DNA of 64,000 nucleotides from NCBI GenBank assembly GCA_963701055.1, contig OY969563.1, positions 4,980,481-5,044,480 of the forward strand, in the 5' to 3' direction. Source of the DNA: Candidatus Acidiferrales bacterium. GTDB lineage: Bacteria; Acidobacteriota; Terriglobia; Acidiferrales; UBA7541. Both the position numbers and the translations under genes were made by a program. How positions within the stretch are numbered: position 1 is the stretch's first letter; each line of letters opens with the position of its first letter. Below are positions 43,258 through 53,395 of this stretch, piece by piece. Under the pieces are notes generated by a model. The model had not been told where the DNA came from, did not search any database, and was given only the letters and a program-made list of their open reading frames with translations.

Positions 43258-44673
43258 CTTCGAGAGCGTCTGTTGCACCGTCTTGTCTCGCCAGAAATCC
43301 TGGCCGAGCTGCGGCAAAGTGTAAATCGGATCGAAGTATTCGTAGCGCCGGCTCAATGCTTCGGCATCGTCTGCTTCAATCCCCGTGCGATAGTTCTTAG
43401 TCCAGTAGGAAATGCCCAGTTGCCGGTCATATTCCTTCACCTGATGGACCCAGCGCTTGCCCACGAACGGCACGTCGCAGATCATGCGCGGCGTGGCGAA
43501 CCCCGGCAGATACCCCATGATGTCGTGCTGCAGCTTCTGTACTTCATGAATCGCCAGGCGCCAATGCTCGGCGTTAGGAATCATGTCGCACTGGTAGAAG
43601 TAATACGGCATGATCTTGCCGTGATCGAGCAGCGTAAAGCACAGCTCCAGGAGTTCGTTGGCGCTGGCGTTAACACCGCGTAGCAGCACGCCCTGATTAC
43701 GCACATCGCGATAACCCATGTCCAGCAATGCCTGCACTGCTTTGCGCACCAGCGGGGTTACCTGTCGCGCGTTGTTCACGTGTGTGTGTACCGCAATATC
43801 CACGCCGCGTTCCCGCGCCTTCTTCGCCAGCCGTTCCAGCCCTGCCAGGACTTCGCTCTGCAAGAAGTGCTGCGGGATGGCGATCAGCCCCTTTGTCGCC
43901 AGCCGAATATCTTTAATGTTAGGAATGTCCATCAGCTTCGAACAAAAATCTTCCAATGTGCCGATGGGGGTGTTCGCGATGTCCCCGCCGCTCACCACCA
44001 CGTCGCGCACCGAGGGCGTCACGCGCAGATATTCCAGCATCTGCTGGTAACGATCCTTCTGCGGTATCTGGAATTTCAGCTTCACCACCTGCGGCACGTC
44101 ATTCCCCACCAGATCCATCCGCGTGCAATGTCCGCAGTACTGCGGACAAGTCGACAGCAGCTCCGCCAGCACCTTTGTTGGATAGCGGTGCGTCAGCCCT
44201 TCCACGGCCCACATATCCGCTTCATGCAAAGAATCGCGGCTGGCCTTTGGGTGACTGGGCCATTCGGGATGGCGATCGTCGAACGCCGGCAACATGTACC
44301 GTCGAACCGGATCGTTCCACAGATCCTTGTCATCCATGGTGTTCAGCATGTGAGGCGGAACGAGAATCGACATGGTTGCGCGCTCTTTGATGTCGCGCTC
44401 CAGGCTGGCCAGCAGCGTTTCCGGCATCAACTGGCCAAATACCTCTTTCAACTCGCCGAGGTTCTTGACCGTGTGGCGCCTCTGCCATAGCGCGGTCTCC
44501 CACTCTTCCTTGCTGACATCCTTGTAGCCAGGCAAACGCCGCCAATCCGGCTCGATAAACTCCCGCTTCAGCGGGTACTGGAAAGGCTGTTCCGCCGCAT
44601 GCACTTTTCCCGCCGGCTTCCAGGTAGGCCGCACGGGCTTGCTTCCGGGCGTAATGGTTTTCGTTTCACTCAT
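43255..44673 (-). CDS. kamA: KamA-family radical SAM enzyme (lysine 2,3-aminomutase-like)
   Basis: CPQYCGHCTRM is the CxxxCxxC cluster in the KamA context. SGGD is followed by IRLATKG blocks. 472 aa (long-form KamA family). Confidence 0.8.
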   Translation of the reverse strand: MSETKTITPGSKPVRPTWKPAGKVHAAEQPFQYPLKREFIEPDWRRLPGYKDVSKEEWETALWQRRHTVKNLGELKEVFGQLMPETLLASLERDIKERATMSILVPPHMLNTMDDKDLWNDPVRRYMLPAFDDRHPEWPSHPKASRDSLHEADMWAVEGLTHRYPTKVLAELLSTCPQYCGHCTRMDLVGNDVPQVVKLKFQIPQKDRYQQMLEYLRVTPSVRDVVVSGGDIANTPIGTLEDFCSKLMDIPNIKDIRLATKGLIAIPQHFLQSEVLAGLERLAKKARERGVDIAVHTHVNNARQVTPLVRKAVQALLDMGYRDVRNQGVLLRGVNASANELLELCFTLLDHGKIMPYYFYQCDMIPNAEHWRLAIHEVQKLQHDIMGYLPGFATPRMICDVPFVGKRWVHQVKEYDRQLGISYWTKNYRTGIEADDAEALSRRYEYFDPIYTLPQLGQDFWRDKTVQQTLSK

Positions 44674-45039
44674 ATCGTGTTCCTGTGGTTTGGGGACATC
44701 CCGCGGGAAGTCTTAACAACTTCTTTACGTCTCAGGATAACGTACACCTGCTTATTCCGCCACCCCCTCGCAGGTAGCAATGCAATTCGGTCGCGCGTTT
44801 TCTCTCTCGCCTGTGGCATAAAATGGCTCTCAAATTCGGCGCTCGCGACCAGCTCAACCCGCTGCCCACCAGGATCGCTACCTGTTCCTCCAAAAGACCT
44901 GGAACAAATTGCGCTTCCTCCCTGTCCGAACGTCCGGGTACTTTTTGGCGCAGGCCCTCCTCACGACCCGCTGCTTTGCGCGAACCCGGCATCTATGATG
45001 GGTTGCGTCAGCCATCCAAAATCTTTCGTGAGGAGCAAA

Positions 45040-45513
45040 ATGAAACTATCCATTGCCATCCTCTCTGCTTCCCTGTTGGCATTGCCTGCTATGTGCGCCG
45101 CCCAGACCGCACAACCAAAAACCAAGAAAACCACGACAAAATCGACTACAGCCGCGGCCAAACCCGTGGAGCAACCTCCCAAAAATCTATATGCGGAATT
45201 GACCATCGGCGAGTTGGTGGCCGAAGACGCCAACCGCTGGTCCGACAAAATGTCCACCCGCGCCGCCATCGGTGGCTTTGTCACTCAGATCGCCAAAGCA
45301 GACGACGGAGATACGGACATTCGCATTTGCGAAAACCCCAAAATCGAAGGCATGGATCGCGCCCGCTGCATCGTTGCGAAGTGCATACCCAAGCTTCCCT
45401 GCGATTTGCCGCAAATCGGCCACCCCGTCACCGTAAAGGGCATCACCCGCTATGACGCCAAGGTCGGCACGCACTGGTGGGAAATTCATCCAATCGAGGA
45501 AGTGGAAAAGTAG
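45040..45513 (+). CDS. Secreted hypothetical protein
   Basis: Track ORF 44599..45513. I prefer the ATG at 45040 (AGGAG 5 nt upstream; MKLSIAILSASLLALPAMCAAQ). A Lys/Thr-rich linker is followed by a ~110-aa domain with 4 Cys. Confidence 0.55.
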   Translation: MKLSIAILSASLLALPAMCAAQTAQPKTKKTTTKSTTAAAKPVEQPPKNLYAELTIGELVAEDANRWSDKMSTRAAIGGFVTQIAKADDGDTDIRICENPKIEGMDRARCIVAKCIPKLPCDLPQIGHPVTVKGITRYDAKVGTHWWEIHPIEEVEK

Positions 45514-45554
45514 CTCCCGCCAGGCCGCTGCCGGAATTACATTCGCAACACTGA

Positions 45555-47204
45555 TCAGTCGCCGCTGACCTCCAGCTGCAGGAGGCCAAAGACCATCACG
45601 CCCGTTAACGTGCCCACAAAAACTCTTCCATTCGCAATCATCGGCGTAATGAACTTATTGTCGGCGAACGCGTCGCGGCCGTGCGCATGGGTGCTGTTGT
45701 ACAGCTCGGTCCCTAGATTCTTTGCGTCGTACGCATGCAGCACAGCCGCTTCCGAACCTCGCGCCTCCACTGCCCACACAATGCCATTGGAAGTGCCATT
45801 CGCCGAAACGCTCGGCGTCGCACCGGGATACGCAAAGTGCGCGGCTGTTTTCGACGATGGTTCCGGAACAAGTTTCGCGTTCGAGATCGAAAACGCTTTG
45901 AGCGTGTCGTTGACGGCTCCGAAATACACTGCGTTATTGAAATACGCGGGCATCGAGTAAACAGGCCCGCTCAAGGCGTGATCGATTTCCTGATAAATGG
46001 CGCTGTTTTTCCTGGGAGTGTACTTGCCCATGGAGTTTCGGTTCACCACGTAGATCCGCCGGTCTTTTCCCGCTCCAACCGCCAGTTGCCAACTGTGGCC
46101 GGAGGCATCCACGCAATCCGGCAGGAGCAGCGCGCCACCTGAACCAAGGTCCTCGTCGTGGCCCGATTCTGCCAGTGTGTTGTGCATGTTGAAGTAATCG
46201 GCCACGGCCAGTTTTCCGTTCTTCGCTGAGAGTTTCAGAAACGCATTACCGAAATCTCCGTGAATCGGGAAGCCCGAAGAGTTCAGCGTCGTATCAAAGG
46301 TGCCGTTGCCATCGAGCAGATAAATATTACCCTGTGCATCAGCGGCTGGTCCGGCGCCAGACATCCAGATCGCGCCATCGTTGCCGTTGGGAGTCAGATT
46401 GAGCACGTTCACTCGCTTCAGCGTAGCGGCACTGTAGCCGATGACCCAACCGGTATACTCGCCCTCGTCACAGTGAGAGGCCCAACTGGTGTAGAGGATG
46501 TCATCCAGGAGCAGCAAAGAAGCGCGTTCCTTGTACTGTTTAGGATCAAAAGTAGTCACACCGTGGAGATTGGGAAAGCTTGCTTCGATAGTCGTAGGGC
46601 TGCCGGAGATTTCAGCGCCGGAAGCAATGTCAAGCGCATGGAGGCGCTGGAAATAATTGCCGTTTTTGTCCTTGGACATGGCCACCAAGTACATCGTCCC
46701 GCGCTCGTCGTTGAAGGCAATCACCGGCGTTGCGGTGATTCCTATTTCAGGGGTGACCTGGCCGCACTGGCGGTCATCGCTGGGAGTTTCATTCGGTCCA
46801 AGCACGGTCACGTGCCAAAGCTGCGCCAGCGAGTCTGCGTCAAAAGCGTAGACCGAATCATGTTCCGTGGCCACGAACACAACGTTGTGCGCGCCGGTGC
46901 CAATGGTCAAATTGGAGACATATAGCGGTTCGGCATCCACCAACCCGTCCGTGTTTAGAAACCCAACCTTGCCGAACTGCTCCGCATTCACGTTGCTCAG
47001 CGTCAGAATATTCTCTTCCAGGTTCTGGCCCGTGCGCGCCACGTCGTTATGATAAGCGAGCACCCTGGCCGTACCCGGTCTTTGCGTTTGCGAGTCCCCT
47101 GGGGTCGTTTGCAGCCCCAACACCACAAATACCGCAAAGACTGTAGCTACAATCGACGCCACAGCCACAACCGCTCGCTTCGCCAATGCAATCCTCCGGC
47201 ACAA
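45555..47204 (-). CDS. Membrane-anchored beta-propeller protein (PQQ-like/BamB-like repeats)
   Basis: N-terminal TM (AVVAVASIVATVFAVFVVLGL). Repetitive beta-strand-rich sequence beginning YHNDVARTGQN. Function not assignable from sequence alone. Confidence 0.55.
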   Translation of the reverse strand: MCRRIALAKRAVVAVASIVATVFAVFVVLGLQTTPGDSQTQRPGTARVLAYHNDVARTGQNLEENILTLSNVNAEQFGKVGFLNTDGLVDAEPLYVSNLTIGTGAHNVVFVATEHDSVYAFDADSLAQLWHVTVLGPNETPSDDRQCGQVTPEIGITATPVIAFNDERGTMYLVAMSKDKNGNYFQRLHALDIASGAEISGSPTTIEASFPNLHGVTTFDPKQYKERASLLLLDDILYTSWASHCDEGEYTGWVIGYSAATLKRVNVLNLTPNGNDGAIWMSGAGPAADAQGNIYLLDGNGTFDTTLNSSGFPIHGDFGNAFLKLSAKNGKLAVADYFNMHNTLAESGHDEDLGSGGALLLPDCVDASGHSWQLAVGAGKDRRIYVVNRNSMGKYTPRKNSAIYQEIDHALSGPVYSMPAYFNNAVYFGAVNDTLKAFSISNAKLVPEPSSKTAAHFAYPGATPSVSANGTSNGIVWAVEARGSEAAVLHAYDAKNLGTELYNSTHAHGRDAFADNKFITPMIANGRVFVGTLTGVMVFGLLQLEVSGD

Positions 47205-47314
47205 AAGCCCTTTTAGTTGACGCGGCGCGCTGGGCCACGGTTACGGGGAAGGAATTGTAAATACTCTTCGGGCGGATACTAGACGAACACGGACGGCTGC
47301 AACCTGGAACCTGT

Positions 47315-48316
47315 TTACGCCCAGAACAAATGCGGTTTCAGTGTCGGTCCGTCATGGTGGCCGGTGAGATTTTTCTCCAACTGCTGGCGTGAAGGCTGCA
47401 AGGACTTGCGCATTCGGTCCATATCGGATTCCGGAAATGCTGTAAACGTCCGTGCGATCTCAATGTTATGGTCCAGCATATCTTTGCGCGGCATCCCCAC
47501 AACAGCTGTCGTGACCGGCAGGCTCATCGAATATCGTAGCAGCGAATCAATGTCGCTCTTGCCGTCTGCATTCTTTAGCAAAAACTCCTGGCCTGTAATC
47601 TTCATCGCGATCACACCCAGGTTTTTCGCGCGCGCGGCGGAAAGAGCCAGTTCCTCGAATTTCCCGTTTTGTGAAGCGTTCAGTGCCATTTGCACGCAGT
47701 CCAAATCGTTCCTCCTGATCGCCTCTGCCATCACTTGTCCATTGGTATGGCTGGTCATGCCGATGGCCCGAGTCATCTTCTGTTCGCGCGCTTCCAGCAA
47801 GCCTTTCATAGCGCCGTCGGGAGCCTCGATTTTAGCCAGGTCGTCGGCCTGGCCCAGACTATGGATGTGCAGCAAGTCCACATGGTCCGTTTGCAAACGC
47901 TTCAGACTGCCTTCCAGCCGCCGCATGAATTCATCCCGCGTGCGGTCTGGAATCTTCGTGGCCAGCCAAACGTCCTTGCGTCGCGTCGCCATCACCTTGC
48001 CTACCCGTGTCTCGCTTTTCCCGTCGCCATAGGCGTAAGCCGTGTCCAGATAGGTGATGCCCTGGTCGATCGCGTGATTCAAAATGTTTAGCGCTTCCGT
48101 TTCGTCCTCATACATCAGGAAGCGGCTGCCACACCCAAACGCCAGAATAGAAACCTTCGCACCTGTCCGCCCGAGCGTTCGCGTCGGCAACTCATTTGGG
48201 TTCGTCGGGCGTCCCTCGGCCCATTCGCCCAGAAGTGAGTAACCCATGCCGGCCGCGGTGCCAACGCCAACTTGTTCCAGGAACTTCCTGCGCGAGAGGT
48301 CTTTCACCATGATCAA
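47315..48316 (-). CDS. Aldo/keto reductase with twin-arginine signal
   Basis: LSRRKFLEQVGVGTAAG fits a Tat signal. AKR blocks seen: LDTAYAYGDGKSE, DHVDLLHIH, GMTSH. Confidence 0.85.
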   Translation of the reverse strand: MIMVKDLSRRKFLEQVGVGTAAGMGYSLLGEWAEGRPTNPNELPTRTLGRTGAKVSILAFGCGSRFLMYEDETEALNILNHAIDQGITYLDTAYAYGDGKSETRVGKVMATRRKDVWLATKIPDRTRDEFMRRLEGSLKRLQTDHVDLLHIHSLGQADDLAKIEAPDGAMKGLLEAREQKMTRAIGMTSHTNGQVMAEAIRRNDLDCVQMALNASQNGKFEELALSAARAKNLGVIAMKITGQEFLLKNADGKSDIDSLLRYSMSLPVTTAVVGMPRKDMLDHNIEIARTFTAFPESDMDRMRKSLQPSRQQLEKNLTGHHDGPTLKPHLFWA

Positions 48317-48501
48317 CTCCTTACCGAGGGTATCTTGCCTTTCTATGCCGTTCGTGGCTCCATGTCAAAGGGAAATACGCGCTCTTCTGCCCAGCTTCGA
48401 GTCGCACTGTTCGAACCATCCAAACTGAATTCCCGGCAATCCTGGGGATTCGGGATATACTTTTTCCACCCGGCCGTTGCATGTTTTCGTGGAGGCGTGT
48501 C

Positions 48502-50085
48502 ATGGCAAAGCGACAGGATCGGGTGGAACTCAAGGGCAGCGCGCGAGCGCCAATTCCCGGCGGTCAAGACGTGGGCCCGGCTGACCCAAGTCAACAGATC
48601 GAAGTCAGCGTTTTTCTGCGCCGCGGCTCGTTACCCGGAAAGTTTCCCGCATCCGCGGAACTGGGCGCTCTCCCTCCTCGCCAAAGAAAATATCTCAGCC
48701 GTGAAGAATTCGCCCGTCTGCATGGGGCCTCGCCGTCCGATCTGGAAAAGGTGCGCGCTTTCGCCGGGCAATATGGGCTGAAAGTGGTCAGTGAAGATCG
48801 CGCCAGCAGGATGGTAAAACTCAGCGGCACCGTGCAAGCTTTCAACTCCGCCTTTGGCGCGGACCTGCGCCGCTATCAGCATTCGTCCGGCACGTTTCGC
48901 GGCCGCACTGGCACTCTGACGATCCCCGCGGAATTGGAGCCCATCGTCGAAGGTGTTTTTGGGCTCGACGATCGTCAGCAAGCGAAAGCGCATTTTCGTT
49001 TGCTGAACAAAAAACCAAACGACGCCTCCCAAGCAGCCGCCACTTCCTATTCGCCCGTTCAGGTGGCCGAAGCCTACAATTTCCCCGCGGGCGTGACCGG
49101 CACAGGCCAGTGCATCGCCGTGATCGAATTGGGGGGAGGCTACAACACCAGCGATCTCGATTCCTTCTTTAGCAATCTGGGCATTTCTCCCCCGCAGGTC
49201 ACCGCAGTCTCCGTGGATGGAGCTACCAATTCCCCCACCGGCGATCCGAGCAGCGCCGACGGCGAAGTGGAGTTGGACTTGGAGGTCGCGGGATCAATCG
49301 CGCCAGGAGCACAGCTCGCCGCCTACTTCGCGCCTAATACCGATCAAGGATTCATCGATGCGGTGACCACCGCCGTTCACGACGTAACCCTCAAGCCCTC
49401 GATTATTTCCATCAGCTGGGGCGGCCCGGAAAGCTCCTGGACTCAGCAATCTCGCGATGCGCTCAATTCCGCCTGTCAAGACGCCTCGACCATGGGTGTC
49501 ACAGTTCTGGTTGCGTGTGGCGATGATGGCGCCACAGATGGTACTTCGTCGCCTACCGTGGACTTCCCCGCGTCCAGTCCCTTCGTTGTCGCCTGCGGAG
49601 GCACCCGCCTGACGCTCTCCGGCACCACAATCAAAAGCGAGCAAGTCTGGAATGAACTTTCTTCCAACGAAGGAGCCACCGGCGGCGGTGTTAGCGAACT
49701 CTTCGCTCTTCCCACATTTCAGCAAAGCGCCAACGTCCCTAAAGCTCCTAATGGATTCGTGGGCCGCGGTGTACCCGATGTAGCGGGCGATGCCGATCCG
49801 GAGACCGGCTACAACGTGGTCGTCGACGGCCAACAAACGGTGATTGGCGGCACAAGTGCGGTGGCCCCGTTGTGGGCAGGTTTATTCGCGCTGATCAACC
49901 AGTCGCTGGGCACAAATGTCGGCTATGTGAATCCCCTTTTATACGCTGCGAAGCCCGAAGCCACCTTTCACGACATCACTTCGGGCAATAATGGAGATTA
50001 TTCTGCCGGACCCGGTTGGGATGCATGCACGGGTCTGGGCACTCCCAACGGCGCGGAGCTATTGACGGCCCTGCAGGGCAAATGA
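48502..50085 (+). CDS. S53 (sedolisin/kumamolisin-type) serine peptidase with pro-domain
   Basis: I prefer the ATG at 48502 (GGAGG 6 nt upstream). There is a pro-kumamolisin-like N-domain. Catalytic blocks seen: ELDLEVA, GDDG and GGTSAVAPLWAG. Confidence 0.85.
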   Translation: MAKRQDRVELKGSARAPIPGGQDVGPADPSQQIEVSVFLRRGSLPGKFPASAELGALPPRQRKYLSREEFARLHGASPSDLEKVRAFAGQYGLKVVSEDRASRMVKLSGTVQAFNSAFGADLRRYQHSSGTFRGRTGTLTIPAELEPIVEGVFGLDDRQQAKAHFRLLNKKPNDASQAAATSYSPVQVAEAYNFPAGVTGTGQCIAVIELGGGYNTSDLDSFFSNLGISPPQVTAVSVDGATNSPTGDPSSADGEVELDLEVAGSIAPGAQLAAYFAPNTDQGFIDAVTTAVHDVTLKPSIISISWGGPESSWTQQSRDALNSACQDASTMGVTVLVACGDDGATDGTSSPTVDFPASSPFVVACGGTRLTLSGTTIKSEQVWNELSSNEGATGGGVSELFALPTFQQSANVPKAPNGFVGRGVPDVAGDADPETGYNVVVDGQQTVIGGTSAVAPLWAGLFALINQSLGTNVGYVNPLLYAAKPEATFHDITSGNNGDYSAGPGWDACTGLGTPNGAELLTALQGK

Positions 50086-50095
50086 ATGCGTGGCG

Positions 50096-52789
50096 CTAGC
50101 GCGAACGAGCCACAACCAGAGTCAGATCGTCGAACTGTTCGCCCGCGCTGAATCCTTGCACCGCTCCTTCAATCGCTTTCAGGAGCTCGTCCGGTGTGGC
50201 CGTAAGATGCTCCCGCACAACTTTCTTTAGTCGATCCTCGCCAAATTCGTTTCCATTTTCATCGTTCGCTTCGGTTACTCCATCTGTATAAATAACCAAA
50301 ACGTCGTCCGGCCGTAGAGTAACGATTTCGGTCTTGCATTCCCAGCGCGGAAAAAGTCCGATTACCGATGCCGTCGGCTCCAATCGTTCCACTCCACCTC
50401 CGGCCCGAAACAGCAGCGGTGGATTGTGTCCGCAATTCGCATACTCCAATTGCCGCGAGGCGTCGTCGTACACCGCCAGGAACAACGTAGCGTAGCGGTC
50501 ATCTGGCGTGTTCTCGTAGAACAGCTGATTCACTGATTCCAGCAGCCCCGGCAGCCATTTCCCCTCGCGCTTGATATTCAGCAAATCCTGCCGCGCAACC
50601 GCGGACCTGCTGCGCAGATTGGCCTGCAAGTTGGCCATCAGCAGCGCGCCCGCTATTCCCTTCCCGGAAATGTCCGCCAGCACCAGCGCCAGATGTCTTG
50701 AACCAAGATCCCAGAAATCGTAATAATCCCCGCCAACCTGTCGCGCTTGAATGCAGCTGCCGTCATAGTCGAGCGTGGCCAGCGGCGGTTTCACTTGCGG
50801 GAACAAACGCGATTGCACATCGCGCGCAATCTGCATTTCACGATCCGCACGGCGGTCCAGCTCCATTCGGTCGGCCATTTGTTCGGCAAGCCGCATGTTC
50901 TCCAGGGAAACCGCCGCTTGTCCGGCCACGGAATCCAGCAGGCGTTTATCCTCGCTGGAGTACGGCTCCTCGGAGAGTGGTTGGCCCAGAACCAACAAGC
51001 CCACCAATCGCGCGTCATGCCCCAGCAGCGGCACCAGGCATTCCGGTAAGAGTGGCGCGAGCGCAAAATCCCGCGGCGCCTCCGGATCGCCAATCGGCGG
51101 AATGTCCCAAGTGCGCCCGCGAAGCGTCAACTCCCGGAGAAACGGCAGATCGGCAGAAAGTGTCGCGAGACCATTTGGAACCGGCGGGCCGATTGCCGCC
51201 AGTTCGCCGTTTGTTCCGCCAAAGTAAATGGCCATCGATCGCGGATGGAATGCTTGCTTCAGATGCCGTTCCAACAGCCCTGCAAATTCGCGCCGGTCAG
51301 ACACAACGCGAATTTTCTCGCCCAATTCCTGCAGGATCATGCGGGCGTCATAGGAACTTCGAAAAAAGGCTCGATCGATGCGGTCCGTGCCACGCTTCAC
51401 GATTGGCCCGGAAACCCACACAAGGGCCACGCCAAACGTCGCGCTGAGGGCCATGCCAAACTGAGAATTCTCGGCAAAGAACCCGGAGAAAAATCGCGCG
51501 AACAGAAAAATAGCCAGCAACGCCCCGCTGAAAAGCAAAACAAAGTAGGCGCGCTGGACAAGCACGTAGCGCGCACTGCGCCTCAACAGCGCCGGGATTT
51601 CCAGCACGCGGTGCTTGATGATGGCGTACGCAAACGACAAGGGATACAGCAGCACAAGAAAGTTGAGGCTTACGTCGACCCAAAATGTCGGCCTGTAGTT
51701 TGTAAAGTCGATCAGAATGTGCCCGATGACGTAAGGGATTACGCCGAATACCGTCCCCGCCAGCAGCACGCGCGACTTGCGCCGGGCTTCGGGTGAAGTT
51801 TCGGCGCTATTGCAATTCCAAATCAAGGAAATAAGACCGAGAACGAGAAATCCATAGGTCAACGCGTGCCGCAGGGATTCCGCTCCTCCCCCGCCTATCG
51901 CTCTCGTTACAAATTCAGGCAAGTGCGGTTCGCCATACCGCAATCCAGGAATAATCTGCGATCCGGCAAGCACCATACAGACCAACTTCAGCCAAGGAGC
52001 GCGCCGTTCCAGCGGGGATTTTTCAGGGAACAGCGCGAAAAAAAGGTAGAACAATGCCGTGATCAGGGAAGAAAAGATCCCCCGATAGAGTGAAACGATT
52101 GTCTGTATCGCGCCGGGCAGCGCAGGCAGGTTGTTAAAGCTAGGCACCGCCACGAACCCGGCGAACAGCAACGCCAGCAGCCATGCGTTCATGTCGTCCA
52201 GGCGAAGAAAAAGAACCGCAAAGCCCACGAGCAAAAAGAAGATCGGATAAAAACCGAGAATCTCCTCGGCCGACTCACGGGCGAATCCTTCGGCAGCCTT
52301 GCCGGCTTCCACGGAGCGAAATATCGCTTGGAAGGTCAGTGGTTGAGGCTCACCAGCGCGTCGTACAGTGACATCCACTTTGTCGCCGGGTTGCGCATGA
52401 CTCCAGACCTTATTGAAGATCGAATAGGAAGTCAGCGGCTCGCCGTTGAGGGCCGTGATCTGATCACCCGCTTGCAGCCCGGCTCGCTCTGCTGGGCTCC
52501 CGGCCTGAACATTGAAGACCGGGATCGACGATGTCGCCGGATCGAAGTACGTATTCCGCGAAGAATTGAAACCGATTTCGACGAGATGCGACGCAGGGTG
52601 TCGCACGTCGTGCATCCACGCCAGCGCATAAAGCGTCGTGAACGCGCACAAGAGCACCGCAAGCGCCAGGAGCACTGGACGCGGAAGCGCACACCACCCG
52701 CGCCGGGGAATGTTCGTTGTCGAAGTGGCCATGCCGTGTACAGAGTATGATTCGATGGCACTGCGGTCAATCGCCGCAAATGCCTTCAC
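50096..52789 (-). CDS. Polytopic membrane PP2C/SpoIIE-family serine phosphatase with N-terminal PDZ and cytoplasmic GAF domain
   Basis: PDZ (VQAGSPAERAGLQAGDQITALNGEPL), ~9 hydrophobic segments, a GAF-like region, and PP2C motifs (GGDYYDF, DISGKG, YTDGVTEA, DDLTLVV). The start is uncertain (GTG 52789 or ATG 52732). Confidence 0.85.
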   Translation of the reverse strand: MKAFAAIDRSAIESYSVHGMATSTTNIPRRGWCALPRPVLLALAVLLCAFTTLYALAWMHDVRHPASHLVEIGFNSSRNTYFDPATSSIPVFNVQAGSPAERAGLQAGDQITALNGEPLTSYSIFNKVWSHAQPGDKVDVTVRRAGEPQPLTFQAIFRSVEAGKAAEGFARESAEEILGFYPIFFLLVGFAVLFLRLDDMNAWLLALLFAGFVAVPSFNNLPALPGAIQTIVSLYRGIFSSLITALFYLFFALFPEKSPLERRAPWLKLVCMVLAGSQIIPGLRYGEPHLPEFVTRAIGGGGAESLRHALTYGFLVLGLISLIWNCNSAETSPEARRKSRVLLAGTVFGVIPYVIGHILIDFTNYRPTFWVDVSLNFLVLLYPLSFAYAIIKHRVLEIPALLRRSARYVLVQRAYFVLLFSGALLAIFLFARFFSGFFAENSQFGMALSATFGVALVWVSGPIVKRGTDRIDRAFFRSSYDARMILQELGEKIRVVSDRREFAGLLERHLKQAFHPRSMAIYFGGTNGELAAIGPPVPNGLATLSADLPFLRELTLRGRTWDIPPIGDPEAPRDFALAPLLPECLVPLLGHDARLVGLLVLGQPLSEEPYSSEDKRLLDSVAGQAAVSLENMRLAEQMADRMELDRRADREMQIARDVQSRLFPQVKPPLATLDYDGSCIQARQVGGDYYDFWDLGSRHLALVLADISGKGIAGALLMANLQANLRSRSAVARQDLLNIKREGKWLPGLLESVNQLFYENTPDDRYATLFLAVYDDASRQLEYANCGHNPPLLFRAGGGVERLEPTASVIGLFPRWECKTEIVTLRPDDVLVIYTDGVTEANDENGNEFGEDRLKKVVREHLTATPDELLKAIEGAVQGFSAGEQFDDLTLVVARSR

Positions 52790-52864
52790 ACGATTTCAGG
52801 AGGCGCCTCCCAAGGATAGAGACGCCCCCTGACACTACACCCTCGGAGGAAACTTCTCCCAAAA

Positions 52865-53395
52865 CTACAGCGATTTCGCCTCAATTTTCACTTTCCTGAT
52901 GACTTCGGCTTTGGGCAAAGTAACTTCCAGGATGCCGTTCTTAAGGGTAGCCTTCACGTTCTCTGGCCTCACTTCGACCGGAAACTTGACGGTTCTGTAG
53001 ATGTTCAGCTTCTCCATGTGCTGTGGCTGCGCCATTTCCTCTTTCTTCTCGGTCCTGGCTTCTTCCCTGTATTCCTTTTTGGCGGTGATCACCAATCGCC
53101 AGGGCTCGCAGGCAATGTTCAGTTCCTTCTCGGTGAAGCCGGGCACTTCGGCGCGTACCACCAGGTTCTCTTCCGTCTCATACAGTTTCAACAAGATGGG
53201 CCGCAGCAGCTCGGGTTCGGTCTTCCATAGGTGTTCGAACTCGCGGCCGAAGAAGAACGGTGTCTTCTGCAACAGTTCGTACGGGCGGCGGGCGATGAGG
53301 TCAAAGAACTCCTCGACATGCTTTGGGAAGCTCTCAAATTCCTCATATGGTACCGGTATTGGCTTCATGGCCTTTTCAAGTTTGTTTTCGATCAT
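52865..53395 (-). CDS. Hsp20/alpha-crystallin family small heat-shock protein
   Basis: LVVRAEVPGFTEKEL...FPVEVRPENVKATLKNGILEVTLPK is the alpha-crystallin domain. I prefer the ATG at 53395 with GGAGG 5 nt upstream. Confidence 0.9.
   Translation of the reverse strand: MIENKLEKAMKPIPVPYEEFESFPKHVEEFFDLIARRPYELLQKTPFFFGREFEHLWKTEPELLRPILLKLYETEENLVVRAEVPGFTEKELNIACEPWRLVITAKKEYREEARTEKKEEMAQPQHMEKLNIYRTVKFPVEVRPENVKATLKNGILEVTLPKAEVIRKVKIEAKSL

Noticed and set aside
44674-45039. A possible lysine riboswitch or other leader in the 365-bp region upstream of the KamA-like gene.
   Set aside because: Reading the minus strand, I could not find the conserved L-box core elements. This cannot be excluded without an Infernal scan, so it is not reported.
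6030-51447. Long ORFs in the track lying antisense to or out of frame with confident genes. Examples: 6030..6728 (+), 10982..11701 (-), 13844..14623 (+), 18257..19036 (+), 20453..21157 (+), 22310..23089 (-), 25094..25840 (-), 35769..36602 (-), 46260..46925 (+), 50698..51447 (+).
   Set aside because: Each is fully nested in a gene with clear family motifs on the other strand or frame. Their translations are Arg/Pro/Ser/Gly-rich low-complexity strings typical of shadow ORFs in GC-rich DNA, and none has a recognisable motif.
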